Positions 9,001 to 17,629 of a DNA stretch of 64,000 nt are shown here, in pieces. The stretch lies in IMG/VR virus record IMGVR_UViG_3300025450_000015, positions 32,001 to 96,000 of that record. One strand, 5' to 3'. The notes beneath the pieces were generated by a model. That model was not told the DNA's origin, did not search any database, and saw only the letters and a list, made by a program, of their open reading frames with translations. Position numbers and translations under genes: made by a program. This DNA is from a virus. Every line of letters starts with the position of its first letter. Within the stretch, counting starts at the first letter, position 1.

Positions 9001-11992
9001 CGTTTTGCGGAGATGCTAGTGTTGTATCTAAATAAATTTTAGGAACAAATGCAGGCCAAATTCCTAATTTAGTAGGAGTTGGCGGAACAAAACTTCCATC
9101 TGTACTGTCATACTCTACTGTAGTAATTGTATCACCGTTAGTTAACACAACAATATCTGTAATGACAATAAATCCTTGACTATTAAATGTATAGTCTTGT
9201 CCGTATATTAACTGAGTTTTTATAGCATTAGTTGTATGATAAACACCAACCGCCTGATTGCTAAGTTTATCTAACGTAAAAACACTAGTTAAAGGATAAG
9301 TTTTTATTCTATAATCTACAACTGTAAGATGTGTAGTAATACTTGCACCGTATGGCACCATATCACTAAAATAATAAGGAGCAGTATTTGGTTTGTTACC
9401 GTTAATAGATTGCATTACTAATTCAACCATAGTAACTGGATCTGTATCTACTCCTAAATTACTAGCTGCCGCAATAAAATTACGTTTAAAACTATTATAA
9501 TCATCCCTTGCTGTTTCAATAGCTTTAATAATATTATTAGATTCGGATGTAATATGATATAAACTTAAACTTAAAGGTCCGCTATGTTGTACAAATTTTG
9601 TTCCGTATTGTGTTACATTTCCTAAATCTCTTAAATTATCATCTCCCGGGAACACTCCAACAAATCCCGTTGGGAGGTTGTCAATAATACTAACAACATG
9701 GTCAGTAACTTCTCCCAATGTAAATGTATCAATAATATCATTTAATGGATTATTTTGAAGATTCAACGGTATTTCATAATAGCCGTTACTGTTAATTGCT
9801 TGCGAACTAAATGCTCTTATTGTTAATACATCTGTTGTAGTAATTGGCGTATTCAACACTAATTGTTTGTATTGAGGCGTATCGACTATTGTCCATTCTG
9901 AAGGACTAACTCTAAAACTATTAATATAAACTTTAACTACAAGATCTGATAAGTTTTTTATGTCATCAAAGATGTCAATGTTAAAATTATTTGTTTGTTC
10001 AGCACCTTCATAGATACGCACAGCGGCTTGTACTGTTGGTGTGGTACATGTTTGCCAGCCGTTTACATAACTAGAAACTCCTGCAAAATTAGTTTTTAAT
10101 AAAAATCCGGTATCAATACCTGTTGTGATAGTAGTCGAATTGTCTTTATAATTGAATGTATCTGTTGCAAGATTAAAATTAAAAACAATATCTCCAATAT
10201 TTGCAACATTTAAGTAGCTTAATGGAAATCCTAAAACTGAATCACTTGGGCCTGATCCTACTTGATAAGAAAACAGTTTAGTTCCTGTAAACGTAGAACC
10301 TGGATAAGTGGAAACATCACTAAAACTTATTTCATTATTGTCAAATATATCAAATAACGGTGGTTGATTTGAAGTTGTTTTTTGTTGTCCTTCAACCCAT
10401 ACTGTACCATTATACCAATACATCTGGCTTTGACCTTTAACTCCTTGTAATACTAGTACTGATTGATTCAATTCTGGGGTTGCTACTCGAGTTAACTGTA
10501 TTTGATTGCGACCTTGAATGTTTACAAAACTTACTTGATATATATTTCCTCGCACTAAAGGATCGGCATTTGCATTTGTAAACAATATGCGTTGCCCATC
10601 GGCTAATGAAATACCATCAATCGTATATCCTAACGACCCTTCAATTACATTAAAGACATCAGTTGTGTATGTATCAACTAAATCCACATCTGCTATTGAT
10701 ATCGTTCCTGTATTAAATAATTTTAAACCAGCTTCAAATTCAATAATAGGTCTGTTAGCTCTTGCTGTTTGATCTAATGAAGGAACATCTTTATTATAAT
10801 TTGCACTAGCTATAATAACATCTTTATGAAACCAACGATTGATCCTAGACCAAGGATTATGATCAGTACTTGCACGATTAATTACTATATAATCTTTAAC
10901 ATTTGCATAGCCTGTTGAATCATCAAAGGGCAACGAAGCAAATGGTGAAGAATCAAATTCGACTGATAAATTGGAAGTATAAGGACTCAATATCTCTAGT
11001 AATTTTTCAGAAACTAATTTAATTGCAACGCCAACTCCTTCAACATAATAGCTACCAACAGCATATTGCGATGGAGCTACATTTCCACCAAAATTTACTT
11101 TCATCCCGTTACTTAATGCAGTTCCGTCTGAAAGGGTGTATGTTTGTTTTCCAATAATTTCTTTATCTACGTCAAGAAATGTATTATCTACAATGTCAAA
11201 AATTTCAATAGCGCCGCCTAAATTAATATCAGTTTCGCTTTGATAAAATATTAAACTAGGAGCATTAAGCGGTACTGTAAATGTTATTGTTCCTAACTCT
11301 ACGCTATGATCACTAACTCCTTCTTTATATAGATACCCTTGTTCTATACTACGTTCAGTCATAAAACTAAAAGGATTACCCGGGCTTACAATATTAAAAT
11401 TGTAGGTTTGACCTCTATATAATTTTAATACAGGATTTAAAGTTAGTCCGTCAGGTGTAAACAAATATTCATTTGTATTACCTTCAGCCTGTATTGCAAC
11501 ATTGTAAGTACTATTCGTACCTAGTTGCTGACCGTAAATTGTAATAGTGTCAGGGCCGTATGGTAACCAATAGTAATCTTGAAAGTTTACAAATTTGTCC
11601 CAATCGATATGAGGATCCCAACTATAGAATTCTTGATTGTTTAATCTGTTATGATTTTTTGTGTTGGCTCCAAACACTCCTAACTGATTGATATAGTCAA
11701 TATAATCTTTAAAGAATGTAACATTGCCTAACGCATCTGTTACTGTAAATCCTGGCTCTAATTGATAATTCTGTCTAGTATTATCTGCCGCAGTAACATA
11801 AACATCTTTACCAGTTGCGGCTTTTGCATTTTTACGACCAATAAATCCACTAGTTTTTGTTATTGTACCAGGTTGATATAACTGATCAATCGTCGATTGC
11901 AAAAACTTTTTATTTGCAATAGTCTGATAAAAATCAGGAAGAAAATTAACACCTAGACCAGTGTTGCCGGTTGGAATATTACTATTGGCCAT
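2..11992 (-). CDS. Giant virion/baseplate structural protein (>3990 aa, 3' end beyond the window); gp7-like position after the gp6-like wedge
   Basis: ATG at 11992-11990 (MANSNIPTGNTGL...) overlaps the TAA of the upstream wedge gene (TAATG). The same frame is open at the left edge (...GMVPGMRIYGQGFLSRQKILRIE) and no closed ORF is listed, implying no stop. Contains FG-GAP/propeller-like repeats (FGSSVAFGNNVMYVGAPG) around 3400-5550 and GGxGY..P repeats. Confidence 0.8.
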   Translation of the reverse strand, partial: MANSNIPTGNTGLGVNFLPDFYQTIANKKFLQSTIDQLYQPGTITKTSGFIGRKNAKAATGKDVYVTAADNTRQNYQLEPGFTVTDALGNVTFFKDYIDYINQLGVFGANTKNHNRLNNQEFYSWDPHIDWDKFVNFQDYYWLPYGPDTITIYGQQLGTNSTYNVAIQAEGNTNEYLFTPDGLTLNPVLKLYRGQTYNFNIVSPGNPFSFMTERSIEQGYLYKEGVSDHSVELGTITFTVPLNAPSLIFYQSETDINLGGAIEIFDIVDNTFLDVDKEIIGKQTYTLSDGTALSNGMKVNFGGNVAPSQYAVGSYYVEGVGVAIKLVSEKLLEILSPYTSNLSVEFDSSPFASLPFDDSTGYANVKDYIVINRASTDHNPWSRINRWFHKDVIIASANYNKDVPSLDQTARANRPIIEFEAGLKLFNTGTISIADVDLVDTYTTDVFNVIEGSLGYTIDGISLADGQRILFTNANADPLVRGNIYQVSFVNIQGRNQIQLTRVATPELNQSVLVLQGVKGQSQMYWYNGTVWVEGQQKTTSNQPPLFDIFDNNEISFSDVSTYPGSTFTGTKLFSYQVGSGPSDSVLGFPLSYLNVANIGDIVFNFNLATDTFNYKDNSTTITTGIDTGFLLKTNFAGVSSYVNGWQTCTTPTVQAAVRIYEGAEQTNNFNIDIFDDIKNLSDLVVKVYINSFRVSPSEWTIVDTPQYKQLVLNTPITTTDVLTIRAFSSQAINSNGYYEIPLNLQNNPLNDIIDTFTLGEVTDHVVSIIDNLPTGFVGVFPGDDNLRDLGNVTQYGTKFVQHSGPLSLSLYHITSESNNIIKAIETARDDYNSFKRNFIAAASNLGVDTDPVTMVELVMQSINGNKPNTAPYYFSDMVPYGASITTHLTVVDYRIKTYPLTSVFTLDKLSNQAVGVYHTTNAIKTQLIYGQDYTFNSQGFIVITDIVVLTNGDTITTVEYDSTDGSFVPPTPTKLGIWPAFVPKIYLDTTLASPQNVIQGHDGSIVLAYGDYRDAVLLELETRIFNNIKVKYDSTIFDVADIIPGYNRTTPYTLSEFNEVLSPSFYSWVGLVGVDFTQPVNFDVANLFTYNYSFDTSPDGNPVPGFWRGVYRWMLDTDRPNLCPWEMLGFSQQPNWWVSVYGPAPYTSDNLPMWQDISAGLVKEPGMPVIKLSKFARPFLINHLPVDESGNLVSPATSGLASGPLLQNTNSVFVFGDVGPVESAWRRSSYYPFSVLVSSLLLTPAKTFGILLDRYRIERNIAGQLIYKDTGLRIRPADVKIPNLYSSKSRVQTAGLINYVVDLISNIIFSNNQDSYNLYVANLANLTPQLSYRVGAFTNQPQFNLLLESKTPLATGSVFIPPESYNIFLNSSSPVQKITYSGVIITKLSTGFEIKGYSKTQPYFNYFNYLESGITVNVGGISESFVTWTPRQSYTAGQIVQYGNSYYRAVTSTVATETFNSQSFALLASLPLTGGVSAVFRSAWDTTSLQTLPYGTQLTTIQEVVDFLLGYEQYLLSQGFIFDDFNNNLGRVANWSTSAREFMFWTTQNWSNGQEKWSDWSVNQPYSYGTVVRYDGNYYSANYNIPASAVFEYNLWTALPGLSNLGSSVISLSPSANGINFITNLTVVDSISNPFNSYEIFKVDGTPLTPNDIDSYRTGNTVTYSPRGTHGIYCASFYLIQNEHVVTINNTDIFNDIIYNPATGYRRERLKLSGYVTEGWYGGLDIPGFVYDAAKIDSWQAWQDYNMADIIEYQGNYYSANAFTAGTINFVSEQWTRLKSKPSAQLLPNWTNVATQFVDFYSLNVDNFNTDQQKFAQHLIGYQKRQYLDNIIQDPVSEFKFYQGMIRDKGTQNVLNHLFGVLSEDKAESLVFYEEWALRVGRYGATNAFEDIEFVLDQKDFRNNPQGYFLTNSINKNISDFVNQQTPNDVYVKPLGYNSNPFPVNTNYNPLLRDAGYINPADVKFSLKSLSNINDTDSKGNLLYPITSIDEGQYIWTAFDNNSWNIYRFTDLKIRVSSVAYSNGVLTITALNSLPLTAGSYIGVRETGTINSQGVYLSTFDGFYQIATVNLNVITINTKISNFPSPFTQTGQMVMYSLVSRRFAGIDTVNSTSNTVKLKAGELVWTDDSGAGSWATWKYNPAFSQSSLANISFSANLQFGSVVAMNRKGSVLAVTNGSTGVITTYDKAGTVVPWAQRSTLTAPFMSNPNPLYPIQNTKPTQLSTVLSFSDDGVWLVGGSPTVNRVATSYVGLYNSSNTYTPGSIVSDTNGIFYECLITSNGIAPSSTSLSWQIIPYVPVNSLSGINSTIVGQGAISLYVKDLNNNYSLVDSIISPSPSTNEQFGSSVAFGNNVMYVGAPGHNNGAGRVYQLRYTTVTLASSQYNPVGSEAVNQGVTTSEILKVTAGSFVIGTTYTIYTLGTTDFTTIGATANTVGVTFIATNVGSGSGVATTVIFNNLVQSGQNILVVNSTLGIRAGMIAVSGANGGYTSGQKVDYVLTKFILYSYYSVTNSASYNLSQVLAGMTVTGTNILPDTIVISQGQENLTINGSQQAFSYLIVGSTQDMSTSITQLVINNDVNLTFAVASTNQLSGTSAPIIPLNTLFLDSPVDQNSLPGGTINFVEHTWTYSGHIDPDASLTNPVNFGSALKITADGNTLLVSSSGAVSVYDVSDVNNPDFMQVLVGSDSNFGFGIAISDYGNYIAISDDTQSNTKVQAGGINVYSLVNGQYIFNQALISNNPETNSLFGNKISFMNDSQTIVVYSLYGDTTVSTSFDSSTTTFDRNSTDFLTADNASGRVDIYDRYNSKWIFSESLATENKFGEGYGTGFAVGNNQIAISAPYAMFNNIESGQVYTYTKLSNVFAWTIYNTQVSIPDVSKIKKAFLYNKKLGTLSTYLDVVDPLQGKIPGPAEEEIKYQTFFDPATYSYSDSTVTVNVASSNGIEGWWSDQPVGQLWWDLRTCKFVNNYFADPLYRNTAWNTLAAGASVDIYEWVSYNQLPSVWDSIADTPAGLTAGISGKSLYGNSAYSSTTKYDTVSKTFTNTYYFWVKNKKIIPSVDGRNMSANDVANLIANPSGQDYTCLALTGTNSFSLINASRYLNGTDVALAIEYWTIDKTDQNIHSQWKLISNDPVVDLPNTIEQKWFDSLCGVDQGGRPVPDPSLPVKLRYGIENRPRQGMFVNRVEAIKELIERTNLVLSTYQTTNSRNISALESYDPTPDKILGLWDISYNTEAELKFASIGSFALPSVKPVITNGSITGITIVNAGNGYGYAPYIEITGSGEGAIVKATINALGQITGATIINGGQGYNNNTICTIRSYSVLILSDSTAYGAWSIYSYDPATGIWSRSLSQSYDVRKYWSYTDWYATGFSQFNGPDFKINTFADLFAVNESLSALSDQGIGILVKIINGSSSNWILLEKYASSTSVDWTQSYRIVGIENGTIQFKSSLYSFSGTDVGYDANIFDGGDFDVQASAELRIILNCIKNNILIDDLKQDYLDLFFTNVRYAHSEQPFIDWIFKTSFVRATHKVGTLGQPVNYPIDNLRNFEDYVAEVKPYRTKVREYISDYTGMDTTESAVTDFDLQTTYENGGFTTIQVTDVNGTLQTSNPLIESYPWKFWNDNVGFKVIEIVITNGGSGYTNVPQIIISSPTGSNPVTATADALISNGKVSKITLLNVDQFGASGNGYLFAPTVTINGGLGANGVQAQAVAIIGNGLVRSNLVGMKFDRVNYGYYITNLQQVDTFTAIINRVQYPLTWAPDTRIDQTVVTVNGTPVLRELYTLSKVTSMESGYTQYTGSITFTFNIAVGSTIIVTYHKDISVLTATDRIQYFYNPTTGQLGKDLSQLMTGTDYGGVTVTGLNFNISGGWDDAPYLSDTWDSRDPNFNDYSVQVLANTHVFTLPYTPPNNTNINVYYVKQKTYSYTSDGSTLVYPVDQNLISPSVTITTSALTSGITTTYNSLGSAGFTVKVASTTGMVPGMRIYGQGFLSRQKILRIE

Positions 11993-14900
11993 TAACTATT
12001 TGCCCCATAATTTGCACTTGTTATTTGTTGAAGATTTGCTGTTGAAGATAATGCAGTACCTGTAACTGTCTTAAGGTTACTTGGAGTTAGTCCAGATACT
12101 ACTTGGATATTGCTAAATGTAGCACAGCTTAAGAAAATACTATCACTTGCACATGTTATTTCAAATAAACTTCCAAAATACTGACCAGATTGTGTTGGAA
12201 CTATAACGAAACTAATAATATCTGGTGCTAATTGTTGCATTACATAAGTTGATAATTCAGTAAAATAGAATGTATCTCCAAAATTCCAATTTTCTAAAGC
12301 AAAGAATTGATTGATAGCTGTTAGAATACGTGCAGTAACATTGGCATTAGATACTGCCGAACTAGGATTAATAATAACTTCAAACACAGCTTGAAGACCT
12401 GGATCAGCTGCCGCTCCGAACAGTAATGTATAATTTACTGGATGATAGATTATTTCGTCTGAGATTGATTTAATTATGTTAAGATTTGGTGCTAATAAAT
12501 TATTCAACTCATCCTGACTTGGGGGCAATGGTTCAGTGCCTGTCGTTCCGCCATCCACCCATTGTCTAAATGCAGTATCGTAACTCTTAGTTAAGATATA
12601 AACATCTATAATATTACTTGCGCCTGGGTCAATTCTTGAATTATAATCTGCACTATGAGTATATTGAAATTTTAATCCGTCGCGGCCGACATAAACTTTA
12701 TAGTCTAATGTTGGATTTAATATTCCGCTTGCCACGGTATACTGAACTACTATTTGTGTATCTATAAAATAAAAATACTGTCCGTCAGTCCATTGTGATA
12801 ACGGATAAGCCAAACTTTGTGAAGCTAAAATTGTAACTGGTCCAGCTCCGCCAATCGCAGGATCATTATAGACATATTTGTAATCTTCTTGTCCTTGAGA
12901 AATAGAATACTTTTTCTGTACAATATAAGATGTTGGTAATGAAGGGTCAACAATATCTATGAATCCCTGAGGGTTGTCAACACTACCATTGTTTAATGGA
13001 TCTGCAAAAGTAATTATAACTTTTTTAGGATCAATGTATCCGTCTTGTCCAAAATATTCATTTACAACTTGCCATGAGTAATCAGTTGTGAATGCAGATG
13101 TCGATAATGGCTGTGTATTAATGCTTAGTACTTTAATGATATCTGAAATTGTTGAACTTGATACTATATCGTAAATTTTTACACTATCGTCAAAGTAAAA
13201 TGAAACTTCTGCATCACTTTCAAAAACATATCTTAAAGATCGCTGTGTAATTGTATAAGTTTGATTATCTGTTGTAAACAATAAAAACCAGCTAGCATCT
13301 AATTGTGTACTAGAAACATCTCCTTGATTTGTTAGACTAAAAGAACCTGTAGTATTAAGATTATTTTCAAATATAATTTGCCATGTCTGGGTTGGGCTGT
13401 CATATCTCAAACCAAAAGATTGATTATTAAAAATTAAATCAATTATTTGTGTTTGTACGCTCGAGGTTAATGCTGTTGAAAATGCTGGAATAATTTGTGT
13501 TAGTAACGGAGTGGCTGTTATTGCTCCTAAACTATTAAACAAAGTACTTACAGGTTTACTTAATGTAATTGGACCTTGACCATTAGACAGCGTAGCGGTT
13601 GTTCCGTCACCTGACACAGATTCAACTGTCGCCCACAAATAAGTAATACCCCCTGATGGCAAAACTCCCGAAGCAGGTATAGCAGTTAGTATATTTTTTT
13701 GCAAGGTATTAAAATAATATCCGGTCGGTGCTGTAAACTTAATCAAAGCCCCTACTCCAAGATACAGTAACGCATTTGATGTATTATTGTATCCAACTGC
13801 TAACGGCGTTTGGTCAATTGCACCAACATATCCAGTAGAACTGTTGTTATCAATAGTTTTAGAATACCAATTAGCACTAACACTCTTTGAAATAAAGTTA
13901 ATAAAATTGCTATAAAAGAAATTTCTAATGTTAGGATCTTCTAATATTGGAAGAATTTTATTATCAATAACTCCTTGAATATCTGTTTGTGTTACATAGG
14001 TAAATGTTGTTCCAGTATTGAATAATTGTTGATATAGTATACCATCATCAGCAAATAAATTTGTTGATGAATATTTTCCGGTTGGGTCTGTCAGGTCAAA
14101 ATATCGACTAATTCCGCTTGATGTTCTATTAATAGCTTTAACTTTTGCCACTTGTAAACTTGCACTCAACGGACTAATATTATAATCTTCTCCTGTGATC
14201 ATACGATTTTGTGTGTAGTATGTTTGAGGAGCATTTTGTTTTATGCTTGCATTGGATTCAGTTGTGGTTGCATTAATTACTGACGTTTTTAAAGATAATG
14301 TCAATGTTATAACTTCTGGTGCATTATTAGCAGAGATATAAGGAACAGAAATTGAAACGTTATTAATATCCGTCGAGTTAATAACGTAAGACAATCCGTT
14401 ACTAATTCTGTAGTATACTCTAAAAGTACCAAGAGGCATCTGACCAAATATACCGTCTGCAAAATTTAATATAATAGAATCGTTAGTTTGTGTTGTAACA
14501 CTATAAATTGTTGTCACATTTTGATTCAAACTGTTGTATATAATATTATTACCGGTAAGTGCTGGAATCTTTGTCCACAAAACACTTTCATTTCCGTTAG
14601 AATCTAATTGCCATAACCAAACATCTGTATTGTTTATATTAGGTGTGTCAATGTTAATTTGCATGTTAGTACTTGGAGTAGTAACTGTAAATGTTGCATT
14701 GTTCAATGTACCTTGCGTGAATCGAAAGAAAAAACCTGTGCCTGGACTACCGGCGCCGTACCCGTCATCAGTGTAAACACATGCTACTTGATTTCCAATT
14801 TTTGGAGTTTCTTCGTATATGTACGTCTGTGCATTAAAAGTTGTACTAGTAATATCAAAGTCCATCGATCTGCCAGCTACCGAAGAACTAAAAGAATACA

Positions 14901-15492
14901 CAGGAAGATTTGCGGCTACAGCATTAAATCGATATTGTGCTGTTGGGATATTGTAAATTGTTGCACTATCGGATGGATTTCCAAATTGTTGATTTTGTGG
15001 AAGTGCCGCGTTGATAATTCTAATAAATTGATCATACCAATTAGTATTACTAGGATCGTTCCATGCAATAACTTGTCCTGACAAATCTCTTGAATTAGAA
15101 TCTAAAACATTTTCAGTTGTAGAAACCGTGGCAACTTTTAACAATCCGCTAGCACTAACACATCTACTAGGAACATAACTAACAAGTTGTGCCAGGTTGA
15201 TAAGACTACTACGACGTTCTGCCGTTTCAATAAAATTTTCACGAGCGTTTAGATCTACACGAAATGCAATACTTTGTCCTACAAAAGCAATCAGGTCAAT
15301 AAGAGCTAGATACTCACTAGATTCAATATAATCATTAAAATCTTCAGGAAAATTTGTACGGATATAATCAATCATTGTACGGCGTAGATTATCAAAATCG
15401 TAGCTTTGGAAATTTGCATTGCTAAAAGTTTGATATATCTTTTGCCAATCTTCTGCTAGTAGTAGATTATTTTGTCTAGTAGTTGAACTCAT
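11992..15492 (-). CDS. gp6: Baseplate wedge subunit, T4 gp6-like (extended, 1166 aa)
   Basis: N-terminal SYDFDNLRRTMIDYIRTNFPEDFNDYIESS...LIDLIAF...RENFIETAERRSSLINLA, plus FADGIFG and ESNASIKQNAPQTYYTQNRMITGEDY motifs typical of gp6/baseplate-J. Adjacent to gp25. Confidence 0.8.
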   Translation of the reverse strand: MSSTTRQNNLLLAEDWQKIYQTFSNANFQSYDFDNLRRTMIDYIRTNFPEDFNDYIESSEYLALIDLIAFVGQSIAFRVDLNARENFIETAERRSSLINLAQLVSYVPSRCVSASGLLKVATVSTTENVLDSNSRDLSGQVIAWNDPSNTNWYDQFIRIINAALPQNQQFGNPSDSATIYNIPTAQYRFNAVAANLPVYSFSSSVAGRSMDFDITSTTFNAQTYIYEETPKIGNQVACVYTDDGYGAGSPGTGFFFRFTQGTLNNATFTVTTPSTNMQINIDTPNINNTDVWLWQLDSNGNESVLWTKIPALTGNNIIYNSLNQNVTTIYSVTTQTNDSIILNFADGIFGQMPLGTFRVYYRISNGLSYVINSTDINNVSISVPYISANNAPEVITLTLSLKTSVINATTTESNASIKQNAPQTYYTQNRMITGEDYNISPLSASLQVAKVKAINRTSSGISRYFDLTDPTGKYSSTNLFADDGILYQQLFNTGTTFTYVTQTDIQGVIDNKILPILEDPNIRNFFYSNFINFISKSVSANWYSKTIDNNSSTGYVGAIDQTPLAVGYNNTSNALLYLGVGALIKFTAPTGYYFNTLQKNILTAIPASGVLPSGGITYLWATVESVSGDGTTATLSNGQGPITLSKPVSTLFNSLGAITATPLLTQIIPAFSTALTSSVQTQIIDLIFNNQSFGLRYDSPTQTWQIIFENNLNTTGSFSLTNQGDVSSTQLDASWFLLFTTDNQTYTITQRSLRYVFESDAEVSFYFDDSVKIYDIVSSSTISDIIKVLSINTQPLSTSAFTTDYSWQVVNEYFGQDGYIDPKKVIITFADPLNNGSVDNPQGFIDIVDPSLPTSYIVQKKYSISQGQEDYKYVYNDPAIGGAGPVTILASQSLAYPLSQWTDGQYFYFIDTQIVVQYTVASGILNPTLDYKVYVGRDGLKFQYTHSADYNSRIDPGASNIIDVYILTKSYDTAFRQWVDGGTTGTEPLPPSQDELNNLLAPNLNIIKSISDEIIYHPVNYTLLFGAAADPGLQAVFEVIINPSSAVSNANVTARILTAINQFFALENWNFGDTFYFTELSTYVMQQLAPDIISFVIVPTQSGQYFGSLFEITCASDSIFLSCATFSNIQVVSGLTPSNLKTVTGTALSSTANLQQITSANYGANS

Positions 15493-15510
15493 GATTTATC
15501 CTAATATTAA

Positions 15511-15537
15511 TATTTATCGAACAAAATTATATGCGTA
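15511..15537 (-). promoter_or_regulatory. Late promoter TAAATA box (15516-15511) with TACGCA 15 nt upstream
   Basis: Minus strand reads TACGCA-tataattttgttcga-TAAATA, in the intergenic gap upstream of the gp6-like gene; T4 late consensus is TATAAATA. Confidence 0.65.
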
Positions 15538-15542
15538 TTTTA

Positions 15543-15986
15543 TTAGATATTTGATACTAGACCGTTGTTTTGATCGAATTTTAATTGCAGATTTTCACTA
15601 AGATTGTACGCTGAATATGTCAATCTAAACTCAATTTGTAGTCCTGTATCATACTGAGATATGATTACATTGGTTGCCTGAACCCTAGGATCTGCATTTA
15701 CGATTGCATTGACATTCTGCAATAATAGTTCCTTTATGTTTTCTGTCAAAGGTTCAAACAACAAGTCCCATATTATACAACCGTAAGCTGGATTCATGAG
15801 TCTTTCGCCCTGACGTACATAAAAACTGTTTAGCAAGTCTTGTTTGATTAGTTCAAAATCATACAATGCAAAATTTTTACTATTTGTATTAACTGTGCTG
15901 AATCCTCTGTACAAACGAGAAGTTGGCTTGTTATTAATGTTCGATTTTGTTGTAAGATTTGTTTTTGTGTATAAACTGTTTGCCAT
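15543..15986 (-). CDS. gp25: Baseplate wedge subunit gp25-like
   Basis: LIKQDLLNSFYVRQGERLMNPAYGCIIWDLLFEP...DPRV is the gp25/GPW signature. Confidence 0.88.
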   Translation of the reverse strand: MANSLYTKTNLTTKSNINNKPTSRLYRGFSTVNTNSKNFALYDFELIKQDLLNSFYVRQGERLMNPAYGCIIWDLLFEPLTENIKELLLQNVNAIVNADPRVQATNVIISQYDTGLQIEFRLTYSAYNLSENLQLKFDQNNGLVSNI

Positions 15987-15998
15987 GTTAGGTCTCCG

Positions 15999-17627
15999 TT
16001 ACTTTGCAGATTGGTTTGAACTTGGTGGAATAAAGTTAAACGTGTCTGTTGCTGTAGTATACTTTAAATAAAAATCTGGTGCTGTAGTTTTTCCATTACT
16101 AAATGTTATTGGCGAAGTCGATGTTATATCTGTCTGCGAAGCTGCCATCGATTTTGGATCTAAATTTTCGTGCTGAGGCCAAGGTTCATGATTAGGAATA
16201 CGCTTCATAATACTCACTATTTGACTACCGTTAGTGTCGTAAATATTATTAAATGTTGGCAAAGGTTTAGGAGCAGTTGTTAATGCCTTTGATGCAACTC
16301 CTGCACCGTTTATACCAAGGACACTTGATGCAGTTATTATTAAATTGTTACTGCTGTTTAAATTTGTATTAACGCTAGTTAAATTTACTGATGTACTTGC
16401 ACTAACATTAAAATCTTTAACTACATTAATATAATCGCCTGTTACTTTTACTTTATAATTTCCGTTAACAATAAAATTAAAGTTGCCGCCTGATTCTAAT
16501 TGTGTTTGTGTCGTAGATTTCATATTAATACTACGTCCAGCTTCCATATTAATATCTCGGTCAGCATAAAAATTCATATCTGCTTTTGTATGGATGCTGA
16601 CACTGTCCGAAGCAAATATATCAATTTTTCCCATGCTAGACATTTCTATCCAACTAGTACCTGAGGCATTTCCAATGTAAATTAAATCTTCACTGTTATG
16701 CAATAATATCTGATGTCCGGTACGTGTACGAATTCTAACCATCTCGTTGTGAGGTAGAGTAGGATCTCCAGATTTATCGCCTGCTTGAAAACTTGCATAA
16801 TCAGGAGGACCTTCGCTAGCGTTCTTTTTTCTTCTAAATCCAGAATCGCCATCATCCATTACAAATGTTGTTCCGCCAAGTCTGCTGATTGGCTGGACTA
16901 TTGGATTATTATTAAGGGAATCCAAGCCAACTTTGCCTGTTGGAGCACCTGGTGTTTTATCTACTGGGCCAGGAGTACTAATTCCAAATACAGTACTAGG
17001 TGCTTCTCTCCTTGCACCGCTAGTTGTAATTCCTCTGATATCGTCAAGATTTAATCCTTGATTTGTTAGTATTTGTGAAAAATATTTGTGAGTAGGTTTA
17101 GGAATTTGTGTTGCTGGTTTAGATGCATTAGCAGTATCCGTATTTGCAATTACTTTATTATATTCCGATGTAGGAGCCCTTAATGGTTGTCCGCTTGGAG
17201 TAGTTCCTTGCTCAACAGTAAATTCTGTTGAAGGCATTCCGGGAACCATAAAGTTACTTTCGGTATCAGGAACACATCCTATCCAAAATCCACGAGATGG
17301 ATCGCCATTGATAAAAATTACAACTACTTGTGTCCCCACATCCGGTGGTACAAACCACATACCGTAACTTTTTTGTGTTCCGTCATAGTCATTATTATTA
17401 CCAACAAAGTCAGCATTAGTTTGCCCTGCAAAAGGAAACATAGCTTTTACTTGGAATGATTGATTGTCAAATCTAGAGTCGCCTGCTTCTCTTAAGATTC
17501 GTACTTTAAGACCTCCCATGAATTTGCTGTCAAGATGACCTTCTACTATGGCTAGTCTAGGGACTTCGGGTGCTTTTTGTCCGCCTGAACCTTTAGCTGT
17601 ATCTATTCTGGATATGGTACCTGTCAT
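15999..17627 (-). CDS. gp5: Baseplate central spike, gp5/VgrG-like (OB-fold plus beta-helix, no lysozyme domain visible)
   Basis: GMWFVPPDVGTQVVVIFING OB-fold motif; RTRTGHQILLHNSEDLIYIGNASGTSWIEMSSMGKIDI spike repeats; sits just upstream of gp25. Confidence 0.75.
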   Translation of the reverse strand: MTGTISRIDTAKGSGGQKAPEVPRLAIVEGHLDSKFMGGLKVRILREAGDSRFDNQSFQVKAMFPFAGQTNADFVGNNNDYDGTQKSYGMWFVPPDVGTQVVVIFINGDPSRGFWIGCVPDTESNFMVPGMPSTEFTVEQGTTPSGQPLRAPTSEYNKVIANTDTANASKPATQIPKPTHKYFSQILTNQGLNLDDIRGITTSGARREAPSTVFGISTPGPVDKTPGAPTGKVGLDSLNNNPIVQPISRLGGTTFVMDDGDSGFRRKKNASEGPPDYASFQAGDKSGDPTLPHNEMVRIRTRTGHQILLHNSEDLIYIGNASGTSWIEMSSMGKIDIFASDSVSIHTKADMNFYADRDINMEAGRSINMKSTTQTQLESGGNFNFIVNGNYKVKVTGDYINVVKDFNVSASTSVNLTSVNTNLNSSNNLIITASSVLGINGAGVASKALTTAPKPLPTFNNIYDTNGSQIVSIMKRIPNHEPWPQHENLDPKSMAASQTDITSTSPITFSNGKTTAPDFYLKYTTATDTFNFIPPSSNQSAK

Positions 17628-17629
17628 TA

